NCBI GenBank assembly: GCA_043803405.1
Contig: JAZDKB010000016.1
Coordinates: forward strand, 1 to 64,000
Origin: Spirochaetota bacterium
Lineage (GTDB): Bacteria; Spirochaetota; UBA4802; JAFGDQ01
DNA: 64,000 nucleotides
Reading direction: 5' to 3'
Shown: in pieces, positions 19,339-29,309 of the stretch
Position numbering within the stretch: position 1 is the first letter of the stretch
Layout of the letters: every line of letters begins with the position of its first letter
Notes under the pieces: generated by a model
What the model was told of the DNA's origin: nothing
What the model saw: the letters and a program-made list of their open reading frames with translations, nothing else
Database searches by the model: none
Program-made: the position numbers and the translations under genes

Positions 19339-19855
19339 TTTTATACTCTTTTATTTTATCCCGTAATACAGCGGCATATTCATAGCGTTCTTCAGTAACT
19401 GCCCCATTCAGTTCTTCCTCAAGCTCGCCCAAAGTTTCAAGTTCTTTCAATTGTTTATTATTACCTATTGAACAAGCTTTTGAATCTTCGTAGATCTCAA
19501 CAAAAAATATCGGCTTTTTACCAGTGTATTTCTTTTTTTCTCTGCCGGTTGAAGACGATCCTAAAATATTTTTAAAAAAATTATAACAGCTGGGACATCC
19601 CGGCTGCCCGTCGCTGCATAACTGTGCTGCAGTCAAACCGCACTGCGGACACGCACCTGTCACATCTTCATTTACCGATTCATTGTCGATGAAAGAAAAC
19701 ATACTGTGCAGAGACACGGAGTTACCCTGGTTATCGGGACTTATCTGCATGTTTTTTGCACACTTCAGACAAAGATGCAATTCGCTTTGAATTTTATTTG
19801 AGATTTCAGTAAGATGCAAAGTAGCTTCTGAATTATCACAATTATCACAAAGCAT
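19328..19855 (-). CDS. mcsA: McsA zinc-finger/UVR protein
   Basis: Four CxxC motifs (CDNC, CLKC, CPQC, CPSC) and a C-terminal UVR motif EERYEYAAVLRDKIK. Confidence 0.92.
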   Translation of the reverse strand: MLCDNCDNSEATLHLTEISNKIQSELHLCLKCAKNMQISPDNQGNSVSLHSMFSFIDNESVNEDVTGACPQCGLTAAQLCSDGQPGCPSCYNFFKNILGSSSTGREKKKYTGKKPIFFVEIYEDSKACSIGNNKQLKELETLGELEEELNGAVTEERYEYAAVLRDKIKEYKSAV

Positions 19856-20174
19856 ATATACCTCTTTATAATTATATAAAAAAATATTTACGCACTGTAC
19901 ATTAAAATCGTTTTATGTTTGATTTACAGTATACACGAAAAAATCACGAATGTAAACAATATTTTTTTAAAATAATTAATCGCATATTTTATATATTCAA
20001 ATTTTTCATTTTGTTATTTTGCCGTAATAAAAATGTATCAGTCATTTTAAATAAACGTCATTTTTTAGCATTGAATAAAAAAAATGTTTTACAAAAATAT
20101 AATTCTGATAAAGACTAGAAATCTTTATTATAAGCGATACGCATAACGGCAAATAAATTAAATAAAAGAATATA

Positions 20175-21419
20175 ATGTTCTGGAAATTTAAAAAAACAAA
20201 ACCAAACAGCTTGTTTATATCAATAGGCGGCGGTATAAATCAGATACCATTGATAGAAGAAGCAAAAGAACTCGGGCTTCATACTATCGGAGTGGATACC
20301 AATATTTGCGCCGCCGGAATGCATAAATGCGACATACGCATTCAGGAGTCAATAGTTAATTATAATGAAATTTACGACAAGCTGGAAGAACTTCTGGTTG
20401 AAGGAGAAATAACAGGAGTCCTTACAAAATCATTCGGCCCCGCAATTAAAACAGCTGCTTTCATTGCAGAAAAATTAAATATCCCATTGCTGCCGTTTAA
20501 TAAAGCTGACGATCTTATAAATAAAGAAAAAATGAAAAAAATTTTTAAAAATAATAATATAAAATCTCCCGACTTTATAATTTATAATAAAGAACGTAAG
20601 AATGACAAAATTAAATACCCGTTTGTAATAAAACCTGTCATTGGGCACGCTAAAACGAAAGTTGAACTTATCTATAATTTAAAGGATTTCAATAATTATA
20701 CTAAGAATATATCTTTAAAAGATTGTAATTATTTAATCGAAAAATATATTGAAGGCAATGAAATAATTGCTATAGGTATTGTTTATAAAAGTAAATTTTA
20801 TTTAGTAGAAATAACCGATAAAACCAAATCTGCGCCCCCTTATTTCGTTGATGTTATGCACATTTCCCCTTCGAAATATATTCACCTGTGGGAACAAATA
20901 CAGGAAACAGGACAAAAGGTTGTTGAAAGTTTTGAAATATATACTTCGCCGCTGCTTATGGAACTTATAGTAACTGAAAATGAAGAAATATATCTTATAG
21001 AGACTGCGCCGGAGTTCGGAGGTGAATTTATCTCCGACATATTGATCCCGGAAAGGACAGGGTATAATATTATTAAAGAATCCATAAAAGCTGTAATTAA
21101 TAATAATTTTTCCCCTCCCCCATTGAAAAGGAAATTCAGAAATGCTGTTGTAATTAAATATATTACAGGAACGAAAGGGATTCTTTCATCATTTAATCCG
21201 ATAAAAATAAAATGCCGTGGATTAATATTTTCAAGAATATTCAAGGATATCGGATCAAACATAAGAAGGCCGCAATCCAATCATGACAGAATTGGAATCA
21301 TTGCCGCAAAAGGCCGTACAATCGAAGAAGCAGTCGGCAGGGCTGATGAAGCTGAAAAGCTTTTAAACATCCGGATAACAGATAACGATTTAGTAACTTC
21401 CGATAAAAGGCCTACTTAA
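20175..21419 (+). CDS. ATP-grasp domain protein
   Basis: IGGGINQ, NKEKMK, YPFVIKP, IEKYIEG.E, IETAPEFGG; C-terminal SNHDRIG (L-amino-acid-ligase-like). Confidence 0.85.
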   Translation: MFWKFKKTKPNSLFISIGGGINQIPLIEEAKELGLHTIGVDTNICAAGMHKCDIRIQESIVNYNEIYDKLEELLVEGEITGVLTKSFGPAIKTAAFIAEKLNIPLLPFNKADDLINKEKMKKIFKNNNIKSPDFIIYNKERKNDKIKYPFVIKPVIGHAKTKVELIYNLKDFNNYTKNISLKDCNYLIEKYIEGNEIIAIGIVYKSKFYLVEITDKTKSAPPYFVDVMHISPSKYIHLWEQIQETGQKVVESFEIYTSPLLMELIVTENEEIYLIETAPEFGGEFISDILIPERTGYNIIKESIKAVINNNFSPPPLKRKFRNAVVIKYITGTKGILSSFNPIKIKCRGLIFSRIFKDIGSNIRRPQSNHDRIGIIAAKGRTIEEAVGRADEAEKLLNIRITDNDLVTSDKRPT

Positions 21420-21553
21420 GTTACTTTGAATTTATTTTACTAGATAATTTCGTTAATGAATAAGTTATGCCCCGCAGAAACAGAAAGTTAAAACAAACTG
21501 ATTCCTCTCTTAACATTTTTATAAACGCATAAAATCCATCATAAATATTATAA

Positions 21554-21583
21554 TTGACATTTTAAATATTAATTGTTTATTAT
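21554..21583 (+). promoter_or_regulatory. Putative sigma70 promoter of bfr
   Basis: TTGACA-N18-TATTAT about 50 nt upstream of the ATG. Confidence 0.45.
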
Positions 21584-21632
21584 AATTCACGCTTTTAAAA
21601 GTTATTGATGCTAATCTAGAAGGAGCTCATCC

Positions 21633-22172
21633 ATGAATCCGCTTTCCAAAGAAGAACAAAAGAAAAAAGTTATCGAAGTTTTAAATACAGCAAGATCTAT
21701 GGAATTGAATGCCATTCATCAATACATGAATCAGCACTATAACGTTGCCGACATGGATTACGGAGAACTTGCTGCAAACCTGAAACTTATAGCTATAGAT
21801 GAAATGCGTCACGCGGAATTATTTGCCGAACGCATTAAGGAACTTGAAGGTGAGCCCACTACCGAACCGGCTGCCAAAACCGAGAAAGCGCAAAAGATTG
21901 AAGTAATATTTCCGTTCAACTCCAATCTTGAAGACGACGCGATTACCGCATATAACCGGTTTTTGCTTATTTGCAGGGAGAACGGCGATAGTACAAGCAT
22001 TAAACTTTTTGAAACAATTATTGACGAGGAACAGGAACATTTTAATTATTTCGACAACATAAAAAATCATATAGAAAAATTAGGTTCTTCATACCTTGCC
22101 CGCATAGCGGGGACACCGGCAGATACAGGCCCTGCCTCCAAAGGCTTTATAACAGGACCGGTTGCTCAATAA
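21633..22172 (+). CDS. bfr: Bacterioferritin (Desulfovibrio type)
   Basis: MELNAIHQYM, IDEMRHAE (heme Met and ferroxidase ligands), LEDDAI, DEEQEH; RBS AAGGAG. Confidence 0.92.
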   Translation: MNPLSKEEQKKKVIEVLNTARSMELNAIHQYMNQHYNVADMDYGELAANLKLIAIDEMRHAELFAERIKELEGEPTTEPAAKTEKAQKIEVIFPFNSNLEDDAITAYNRFLLICRENGDSTSIKLFETIIDEEQEHFNYFDNIKNHIEKLGSSYLARIAGTPADTGPASKGFITGPVAQ

Positions 22173-22212
22173 ATTATAAGATTCAATTAATAGGATATAA
22201 GAGTTAAATTTT

Positions 22213-22806
22213 ATGTGGAAAATCAATATTGTAATTTTATTAGTAACAATTATTTTTACAAATTGTTCAGGGACTAAAGAACCCATTATTAAAATGGGTA
22301 CAGAACTCGACAAAACAAAAATGGAAATCTCCGGAGAAACTTCGGTTTTTAAACAAACAGATAATTTTTCATATACGCTCAGCCAGAAAAAACCGTTTCA
22401 ATATCCCGTAATAAACCGCAGGTTTTACAAAGGCAATGTGTATATAGATTTACTGCGCCTGGAAAGCAAGGACATAACTATTGAATCCGGCAGTAAAAAG
22501 ATCGGCGAATCCATTCCTGTCTCGCAATTTGTTTTTAAGTACGGCGGCGGCGATTATATGCTGATCTTCGTAGTTAATGAGGAAGTAATTGCAAAAAAAC
22601 CGTTTATTATTGAAGGACCGGCTATAAAAGGAGCGAGGTCAGAAGAACAGCCCCGTCAGGAAGGTATGATGCCGCAAATGACAAGTCCGAATTTTCCGGA
22701 ACAGAATAATGCAATTAAAAACATGGAACCTGAAAAAACAATGACACCCCAGCCCGAAAAGATTAAAATGTTAAGCCCGGGCGATATGATGAAAGATCAG
22801 AAATAA
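22213..22806 (+). CDS. Putative lipoprotein with Met/Pro/Gln-rich C-terminal tail
   Basis: Short signal with lipobox-like IIFTN-C; beta-rich domain, then a low-complexity tail. Confidence 0.7.
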   Translation: MWKINIVILLVTIIFTNCSGTKEPIIKMGTELDKTKMEISGETSVFKQTDNFSYTLSQKKPFQYPVINRRFYKGNVYIDLLRLESKDITIESGSKKIGESIPVSQFVFKYGGGDYMLIFVVNEEVIAKKPFIIEGPAIKGARSEEQPRQEGMMPQMTSPNFPEQNNAIKNMEPEKTMTPQPEKIKMLSPGDMMKDQK

Positions 22807-22812
22807 AATACA

Positions 22813-24495
22813 TCATTCAAACGAAATATTTTCGATTAACCTGTTTTCCGGTTCGTGCCCGGATGTAAGTATTAAATTTGTTTTTTGACTTTCCTGTGAT
22901 TCAGGATAATCTGTATTGTAATGCAGCCCCCTGCTTTCTTTTCTTGCAATAGCGCTAATAATAATCAGTTTGGCAACTGTTGCAATGTTTCGCAGTTCAA
23001 TTAATTTTGATGATAATGTGCTGCGTCTGTAATAATCCTGTATTTCATCATCCAGAAAAGAGATCCGTCTGAATGCCCTTTGCAGACGAAGATCCGATCT
23101 TACTATTCCCACATAATCCCACATCAGACGTTTGACTTCATCAAGATCATGCTGTATAAGCACCCATTCCTCAAAATCAAAAGTACCCTCCTTATCCCAT
23201 AACGGAAAATCCGGAATTTGAATTTCATGTCCTTTGTTTTTGAGTACATTTGAAGAATGAATAAACGCTCTGTGTGAAAAAACAATTCCTTCAAGTAAAG
23301 AATTGCTTGCCAGACGGTTTGCTCCATGAACGCCTGTGCAGGATGATTCTCCGGAAACATAAAGATTGTTTATTGATGACCGGCCATCAGTGTCCGAAAC
23401 AATCCCGCCGCACAAGTAATGAGCTGCAGGTACTACCGGTATCGGATCTTTAGAAATATCTATTCCATGATTGATGCAGTATTCGAATATCCCGGGAAAT
23501 CTTTTCACTATGAAATCTTTCCCTCTAAAAGTGATATCAAGATACACGCATTTATCGCCCGATCTTTTTAATTCCATATCAATGGCCCTTGCCACAATAT
23601 CGCGCGGGGCAAGATCTTTCAATGGATGAACCTTTTCCATAATAGGTATATTACTGCTATTAATTAATATTGCACCCTCGCCTCTCACTGCCTCGGATAT
23701 AAGAAAAGCATTCCCTTCCGGATTATCGGAATAAAGTGCTGTCGGATGGAACTGAAAGAATTCCATGTCTGCAATCATTGCTCCGGCTCTATAGGCCATT
23801 GTTATTCCATCACCTGTAGCAATATCCGGATTGGTTGTGTGAAGATAGACCTGCCCGGCGCCGCCAGTGGCCAGTAATGTTATCCTGGAATTAAAGATAT
23901 GCACAACTTGTGTAGCATTCTCAAGTATATATGCGCCATAGCAGGTTATTGTTTTATCGGATTCTTTTGATTTTGGTTTACACAACTGATGCTCGGTTAA
24001 AAGGTCTACAGCAGTATGATTCTCAAAAATATGAATATTATCAATTTTAGAAATCTTTTCCAGCAGGGCGTTCTCTATTTCTTTTCCGGTTAAGTCATTC
24101 GAATGAACAATTCTGTTATGCGAATGTCCGCCTTCTCTGCCAAGATCAAGTATATCGTTTCCGTTTGAGCTTTTTTTATAACTGAATTTTGTTCCCCAGT
24201 CAATAAGTTCGCTAATTCTTTCCGGACCTTCCCGAACAAGAATTTTAACGGCTTTCTCATTGCATAATCCTGATCCTGAGATAAGCGTATCATTTATATG
24301 ATTTTGAAATGAATCGTCTCCCGACAGCACAGACGCTATCCCGCCCTGGGCATAATTAGTGCTGGAATCATAATCCTGTTTTTTTGTGACGATATTGACG
24401 CTTCCTTTCTGCGAGGCTTTAATAGCAAATGCAAGACCAGCAATTCCGCTTCCAATAACAAGAAAGTCAGAATAATATCTATTCTGATTGTTCAT
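22813..24495 (-). CDS. nadB: L-aspartate oxidase
   Basis: IGSGIAG, YAQGGIA, REGGHS, FQFHPT, SEAVRGEG, HYLCGG, HGANRLASNSLLE, ESRGLH. Confidence 0.97.
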   Translation of the reverse strand: MNNQNRYYSDFLVIGSGIAGLAFAIKASQKGSVNIVTKKQDYDSSTNYAQGGIASVLSGDDSFQNHINDTLISGSGLCNEKAVKILVREGPERISELIDWGTKFSYKKSSNGNDILDLGREGGHSHNRIVHSNDLTGKEIENALLEKISKIDNIHIFENHTAVDLLTEHQLCKPKSKESDKTITCYGAYILENATQVVHIFNSRITLLATGGAGQVYLHTTNPDIATGDGITMAYRAGAMIADMEFFQFHPTALYSDNPEGNAFLISEAVRGEGAILINSSNIPIMEKVHPLKDLAPRDIVARAIDMELKRSGDKCVYLDITFRGKDFIVKRFPGIFEYCINHGIDISKDPIPVVPAAHYLCGGIVSDTDGRSSINNLYVSGESSCTGVHGANRLASNSLLEGIVFSHRAFIHSSNVLKNKGHEIQIPDFPLWDKEGTFDFEEWVLIQHDLDEVKRLMWDYVGIVRSDLRLQRAFRRISFLDDEIQDYYRRSTLSSKLIELRNIATVAKLIIISAIARKESRGLHYNTDYPESQESQKTNLILTSGHEPENRLIENISFE

Positions 24496-24614
24496 CTATA
24501 ATCCTTTTAATTATTTTATTTCGAAAAATAATATCTGATCAAGTATATTGTTCACAAACTTATCTGTTATCATTCAGGACAACAATTTGTTTATATTTGC
24601 ATTCCGGATGCAAT

Positions 24615-25397
24615 TTATGAGTTGCCGAGAAGATATGAAAAATTATTGAATATTCTTTCTTTAATTTTATTCACATCCTCTTTTCTCAAATCGGCAAAAA
24701 AATTATAAGTATGAATTACGTATTCCGGCAAATTCTTTTTGCCGCGTAAAGGAACCGGTGTAAGAAAGGGCGCGTCTGTTTCAAGCAATACCCTGTCCAG
24801 GGGGACATATTTAGCCGCATCGTGCAAGTCAAATGCCTTATTGTATGTAAGATTCCCTGCAAAAGATATATAAAAACCCAGATCCAGATATTCTTTTAAC
24901 ACACTGCTGTCGCCGGAAAAACAATGCATAAGCCCGACCTTGGGCGTGTTCTTTTTTAATATGGTCAACGTATCGTCTTTTGCGTTTCTTGAATGTATAA
25001 TAACAGGTAAGTTATTTTTTTTTGCTTCATTAAGCTGGTATTCAAAAGATCTGATCTGCGATTCCTTAGGCTGGCGCATTCTGAAATAATCCAGACCGAT
25101 TTCACCGATGCCGAAGAGTTTATTTCTGTCGCCGGAGTCGATTACTTTCCGAACGAATCCTGATAATCCTGCGAGATCATTTTCAGAAGCCTTTGTTGAA
25201 GGATGGATGCCGATTGTAAAAAAAATGCCTTCATGCTTTTTTGCTAACTTATATGACCATTCAAATATTTCCGGTTCTATGGATATTTGAACCGCAAATT
25301 TAATGTTCATCTTATTTAAGCGGGATATTAATTCCTCTTCCGTCAAAGAACTTTCTTCAAGGCACATATCAAAGTGAGTATGACTATCAATAAACAT
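24615..25397 (-). CDS. tatD: TatD family hydrolase
   Basis: DSHTH, GIHP, GEIGLDY, IHSR, MHCFSG and ETDAPFL motifs. Confidence 0.95.
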   Translation of the reverse strand: MFIDSHTHFDMCLEESSLTEEELISRLNKMNIKFAVQISIEPEIFEWSYKLAKKHEGIFFTIGIHPSTKASENDLAGLSGFVRKVIDSGDRNKLFGIGEIGLDYFRMRQPKESQIRSFEYQLNEAKKNNLPVIIHSRNAKDDTLTILKKNTPKVGLMHCFSGDSSVLKEYLDLGFYISFAGNLTYNKAFDLHDAAKYVPLDRVLLETDAPFLTPVPLRGKKNLPEYVIHTYNFFADLRKEDVNKIKERIFNNFSYLLGNS

Positions 25398-25444
25398 TAA
25401 TATGTATCCTAATTATTTTTTAGCTAAATAATACTTAAAACAAA

Positions 25445-25523
25445 GCCGCAGAGATTCCAGGACATAAACAAAATCCGATCATATAAGAATTATATAATTC
25501 TTCTGTCTTCAGGTCTCTGCGGC
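25445..25523. repeat. REP-like long hairpin containing an internal perfect 18-bp palindrome
   Basis: gccgcagaga (25445-25454) pairs with tctctgcggc (25514-25523); aagaattatataattctt at 25485-25502. Confidence 0.55.
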
Positions 25524-25552
25524 AAATATAATTTTAAACTCTGCGACCAATC

Positions 25553-26836
25553 TTATGCTTTTTCCAGCAGCATTGCCATGCCCTGTCCGCCGCCGATGCA
25601 AAGACTTGCCAGTCCGAGTTCATGGTTGCCTCTCTGCATTAAGCCGACAAGCGTTACGATTAAACGTGCGCCGGAGCAGCCTACCGGATGTCCGATCGAT
25701 ACACCGCTGCCGACTATGTTTGTTTTATCCATGTCTGCTTTTAGTTCTCTTACGCAAGAGATTGCCTGTGCGGCAAAAGCTTCGTTAAGTTCAATCACGC
25801 CAATGTCTTTTATGGTAACTCCGGTTTTCTTGAATATCTTTCTGACTGCAGGCACAGGGCCGAGTCCCATATAAGCCGGATCAAGACCACCGGAAGCGAA
25901 CGCTTTTACTTTTGCCAGAGGTTTAAGCCCTAGTTCTTTTGCCTTCTTATCGCTCATAAGAAGAACAGCAGCTGCAGCATCATTAATGCCGGATGCATTT
26001 CCAGCAGTTATTGATCCGTCTTTCTTGAACGCCGGTTTCAATTCGGACATCTTTTCCAAGGTTGTATCCATCGGTCTTTCATCCGTATCAAAAACAAGCG
26101 GATTTCCTTTCTTTTGAGGTATAACTACAGGTATTATTTCATTTTTAAAAAGGCCTTCTTTAATGGCTTTTCTTGCACGCGCATGACTGAGTACGCCGAG
26201 TTCATCCTGTTCTTTGCGGCTGATGCCGTATTTTGCAGCTATATTCTCAGCAGTAATACCCATATGGTATCCGTAGAAAATTTCATAAAGACCGTCAAAT
26301 ACCATTAAATCTACAAGATCAACATTATTCATTCTTGCGCCCCAACGAGCTGCCGGTAATGCATATGGAACTAAACTCATATTTTCCTGCCCGCCTGCAA
26401 GAACAACCTCAGCGTCTCCTGCTTTAATCGACTGAGCGCCAAGCGCGATTGCCTTTAAGCCTGAAGCGCAAACTTTACTTACAGTAAAGGCTGGGGTTTC
26501 TTTAGGAATGCCTGCCATGATTGCAGACTGTCTTGCCGGATTTTGTCCAAGCCCTGATGCTAATACATTCCCCATAAGAACTTCATCAATCTCAACCGGT
26601 TTAAGAGAATCGCTGTAATCATAACCTTTCTTTTCTAAAGGAATCATACCGACACCTTTTAGTGAATCAGGTTCAAATTGAGTAAGATTATTCGTAGCAA
26701 CAGGTTTTAAACCAGCTTTTTTAAGAACACCATTCAGTACTAAAGAACCGAGTTGAATTGCAGGCGTTGCCTTTAATGTGCCTCCGAACGATCCTACTGC
26801 AGTTCTTGCAACAGATACTATTACAACATCTCCCAT
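25553..26836 (-). CDS. Acetyl-CoA C-acetyltransferase (thiolase)
   Basis: KVCASG, NASGIND, ELNEAFA, GHPVG and CIGGGQG all intact; ~35-aa N-terminal insertion. Confidence 0.96.
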   Translation of the reverse strand: MGDVVIVSVARTAVGSFGGTLKATPAIQLGSLVLNGVLKKAGLKPVATNNLTQFEPDSLKGVGMIPLEKKGYDYSDSLKPVEIDEVLMGNVLASGLGQNPARQSAIMAGIPKETPAFTVSKVCASGLKAIALGAQSIKAGDAEVVLAGGQENMSLVPYALPAARWGARMNNVDLVDLMVFDGLYEIFYGYHMGITAENIAAKYGISRKEQDELGVLSHARARKAIKEGLFKNEIIPVVIPQKKGNPLVFDTDERPMDTTLEKMSELKPAFKKDGSITAGNASGINDAAAAVLLMSDKKAKELGLKPLAKVKAFASGGLDPAYMGLGPVPAVRKIFKKTGVTIKDIGVIELNEAFAAQAISCVRELKADMDKTNIVGSGVSIGHPVGCSGARLIVTLVGLMQRGNHELGLASLCIGGGQGMAMLLEKA

Positions 26837-27051
26837 AATAATTTCTCCTTTAATTTAGTTATAATAGCAACGAAGACAAAAAGGCAAATAAAATCAATTA
26901 AATTTTGATATTTATAAAATTATTTGTGAATGATTATTTTAAATTAAAACCTTAAAATTTATACTTTTCCACAGGATTTCTGTAAATTTTAAAAAAAAAG
27001 AATGATGTTTGAAAATATGATTGACTTTTTACATTATTTATTCTACCGACC

Positions 27052-27070
27052 AATCGATAGCTAATCGATT
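27052..27070. promoter_or_regulatory. Palindromic operator candidate between divergent thiolase and acyl-CoA synthetase
   Basis: aatcgat-agcta-atcgatt, 7-bp arms with a 5-bp spacer. Confidence 0.4.
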
Positions 27071-27163
27071 CGATAAAAAAATCAGGTATCAAAATTGCTC
27101 AATTATTTCTAAAGTACTAACTTAGAGGAGCATTATTCTATTAACTACTTAAGGAGGTTTCTT

Positions 27164-28738
27164 ATGGGAGGTAAAAAGACGTTTAATACAATTCCGACAT
27201 TACTCAACAGAAACTTAATGCTGTATCCGGAAAGTATTGGACTGACAGAAGTAGAAGGCAGCAGAGCATACACGTACAAGACAATGAAAGACCGGGCAAA
27301 CCGGATGGGAAATGCATTGTATGCGCTCAACTTGAAGAAAGGTGACAGGATTGCCATACTAAGTCAAAATAGCTTTGAGTACATGGAATCAGCAATTAAC
27401 ATCCCAAATGCTGGTCTTATTTTCGTCGTGTGCAATTTCAGGCTGGCACCGCCGGAAATGGCTGCAGTACTCACAGATTCCGAACCGACTGTCCTTATCG
27501 TTCAGGATCAATTTGTTGATTTAGCGGTTAAATTAAAAGAGTCTATTAAATCAATAAAACACATGATCTATTTCGGAGATCCGGGAAAGAAACCCAAGGA
27601 TTGGATCGATTACAATGATTTTATGAAAAATGGATCCACTAATGATCTGTCTGTAGAAATATTTGAAGATGATATTGCCATGCTTATGTACACAAGCGGC
27701 ACTACAGGACTTCCCAAAGGAGTTATGCAGACTCATGAAGGTTTTGTCCATGCAGGCCGCGTTTGCTCAAAGAACAACAATCTGATTATGGATGATAAGG
27801 TATTTATCGTTTGCCCGATGTACCATATTACGGCACATTATACCTTCTTTGGCGCTTTCTATACAGGCTGCCCAGCTTATGTGTTTACAAAATGGGACGT
27901 GGATCAATTCATGTCATGCTGCGAAAAGTTTAAACTGACCGCAGGAATGTTCGCTACACCGATGGTCATGATGATACTCGACAGCCCGAATCATAAAAAA
28001 TATAATGTATCTAGCTGGAGAACACTCTGGTTTGCCGGCGCAGGCATTATCCCTGCAGTTTATCAGAAATTCATCGATACTTTCGGCAATATTATCGGAG
28101 AACACCATGGCACAACAGAATCCACAGGCGTAACAACGAATCTGTCCGTAAGAGATATTAAGGATGCCTTTGCAAGAGGAGACAAGAACATACTTGAATC
28201 ATGCGGAAGAGCAAGCTATGACATGGAAGTGCTTATTATTGACGAAAAGGGTAAACAGGTCACTAATGGAGTGGGCGAGATGATCATTAGAGGACCTGGC
28301 ATGGCTGTAGGTTACTGGAGAAAAGAACCTGAAACAAAAAAAGCTTTCCGTGGTGAGTGGTTCCATACTGAAGATGTATGTTCAATAGACGCGCACGGAT
28401 ATATACGCGTTATCGATCGTTTAAAAGATATGATTATAACAGGCGGCGAAAACGTATATCCGGCAGAAGTTGAGAAAGTACTCCATTCTCATCCGGCTAT
28501 AAAGGAATCGTGCGTAATTGGCACACCCCACCCGACATGGGGAGAAGCTGTAACAGCAGTTGTCGTTCTTAACAACGGTGCAAAACTGGAGCCGGCAGAA
28601 GTAACAGAATACTGCAAAGGCAAAATAGGCGGATACAAAGTTCCCAGAGTAGTTTATATAGTTCCTTCGCTTCCACGTAATGCTGCTGGAAAAATTCTAA
28701 AAAGAGAGTTAAGAGATCAGTATAGTGGTAAAAAATAA
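27164..28738 (+). CDS. AMP-dependent acyl-CoA synthetase (long-chain fatty acid-CoA ligase family)
   Basis: MYTSGTTGLPKG, HGTTE, DRLKDMIITGGENVYPAEVE, LPRNAAGKILK; RBS AAGGAGG. Confidence 0.95.
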   Translation: MGGKKTFNTIPTLLNRNLMLYPESIGLTEVEGSRAYTYKTMKDRANRMGNALYALNLKKGDRIAILSQNSFEYMESAINIPNAGLIFVVCNFRLAPPEMAAVLTDSEPTVLIVQDQFVDLAVKLKESIKSIKHMIYFGDPGKKPKDWIDYNDFMKNGSTNDLSVEIFEDDIAMLMYTSGTTGLPKGVMQTHEGFVHAGRVCSKNNNLIMDDKVFIVCPMYHITAHYTFFGAFYTGCPAYVFTKWDVDQFMSCCEKFKLTAGMFATPMVMMILDSPNHKKYNVSSWRTLWFAGAGIIPAVYQKFIDTFGNIIGEHHGTTESTGVTTNLSVRDIKDAFARGDKNILESCGRASYDMEVLIIDEKGKQVTNGVGEMIIRGPGMAVGYWRKEPETKKAFRGEWFHTEDVCSIDAHGYIRVIDRLKDMIITGGENVYPAEVEKVLHSHPAIKESCVIGTPHPTWGEAVTAVVVLNNGAKLEPAEVTEYCKGKIGGYKVPRVVYIVPSLPRNAAGKILKRELRDQYSGKK

Positions 28739-28774
28739 AGTTAATAAAATCTTTAATTAGTTTTTAAGGGATAT

Positions 28775-28806
28775 GCCCCCGATCCCGGAAACGCAGGGGG
28801 CTTTTT
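28775..28806 (+). terminator. Intrinsic terminator of the acyl-CoA synthetase gene
   Basis: gccccc...gggggc followed by ttttt, 37 nt after the stop. Confidence 0.6.
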
Positions 28807-28897
28807 CCTTTAGCATATATTTAGTATTATTATGTTAATGGAATCGGTTTAAAGCGCTCAGACAGGCTTAATATTATTTTAAAACTATAATATTCTC

Positions 28898-28960
28898 CAC
28901 CCCGGATTATTTTCTCCATCCATTCCCCCAAGACGGAGAAGAGAAATAATCCGGGGCTTT
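28898..28960 (+). ncRNA. Candidate small RNA or stable hairpin with a C-rich loop
   Basis: 13-bp perfect stem ccccggattattt/aaataatccgggg, inner tctcc/ggaga, loop atccattccccca, trailing ttt; TATAAT at 28886-28891. Confidence 0.3.
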
Positions 28961-29309
28961 AAAATCCGCAATTCGTCTCAAAACACCGCAACTCATCTCA
29001 AAATTATAATTTTATATAAATAGCTGACTTTAAATTGAAATACAGTACAATATTTTCTGCGGAATGCCTTCAAGGTTAATTTTTAAGTTTTAAAGGATAT
29101 TGCTTTAGGCCTGAAAGGAGTACTAAAAAATTTTCGACCGACCGGATGTTGGAAATGTATTTCTATTTATAGCAAATAAAATGTAATTTCAAGATAAGTT
29201 GCAGGCATTTTTCATGGTAAGTAATAATTTAATTTATTAAAATGCTCTTGACAGCGAGTAGTCCGTATTTATTTATTATTTTTTAATTTTGCGTTAAAGA
29301 GGAAAGCCT

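Noticed and set aside
19915..20118. 67-aa ORF between mcsA and the ATP-grasp gene as a possible ctsR
   Set aside because: Wrong strand, AT-rich low-information sequence, no CtsR HTH features.
28961..29000. Possible CRISPR remnant
   Set aside because: Only two adjacent imperfect 20-mers, no spacers and no cas genes.
28740..29309. T-box or leucine attenuator upstream of leuC
   Set aside because: No plus-strand GGTGGxACCGCG T-box and no Leu-rich leader peptide found.
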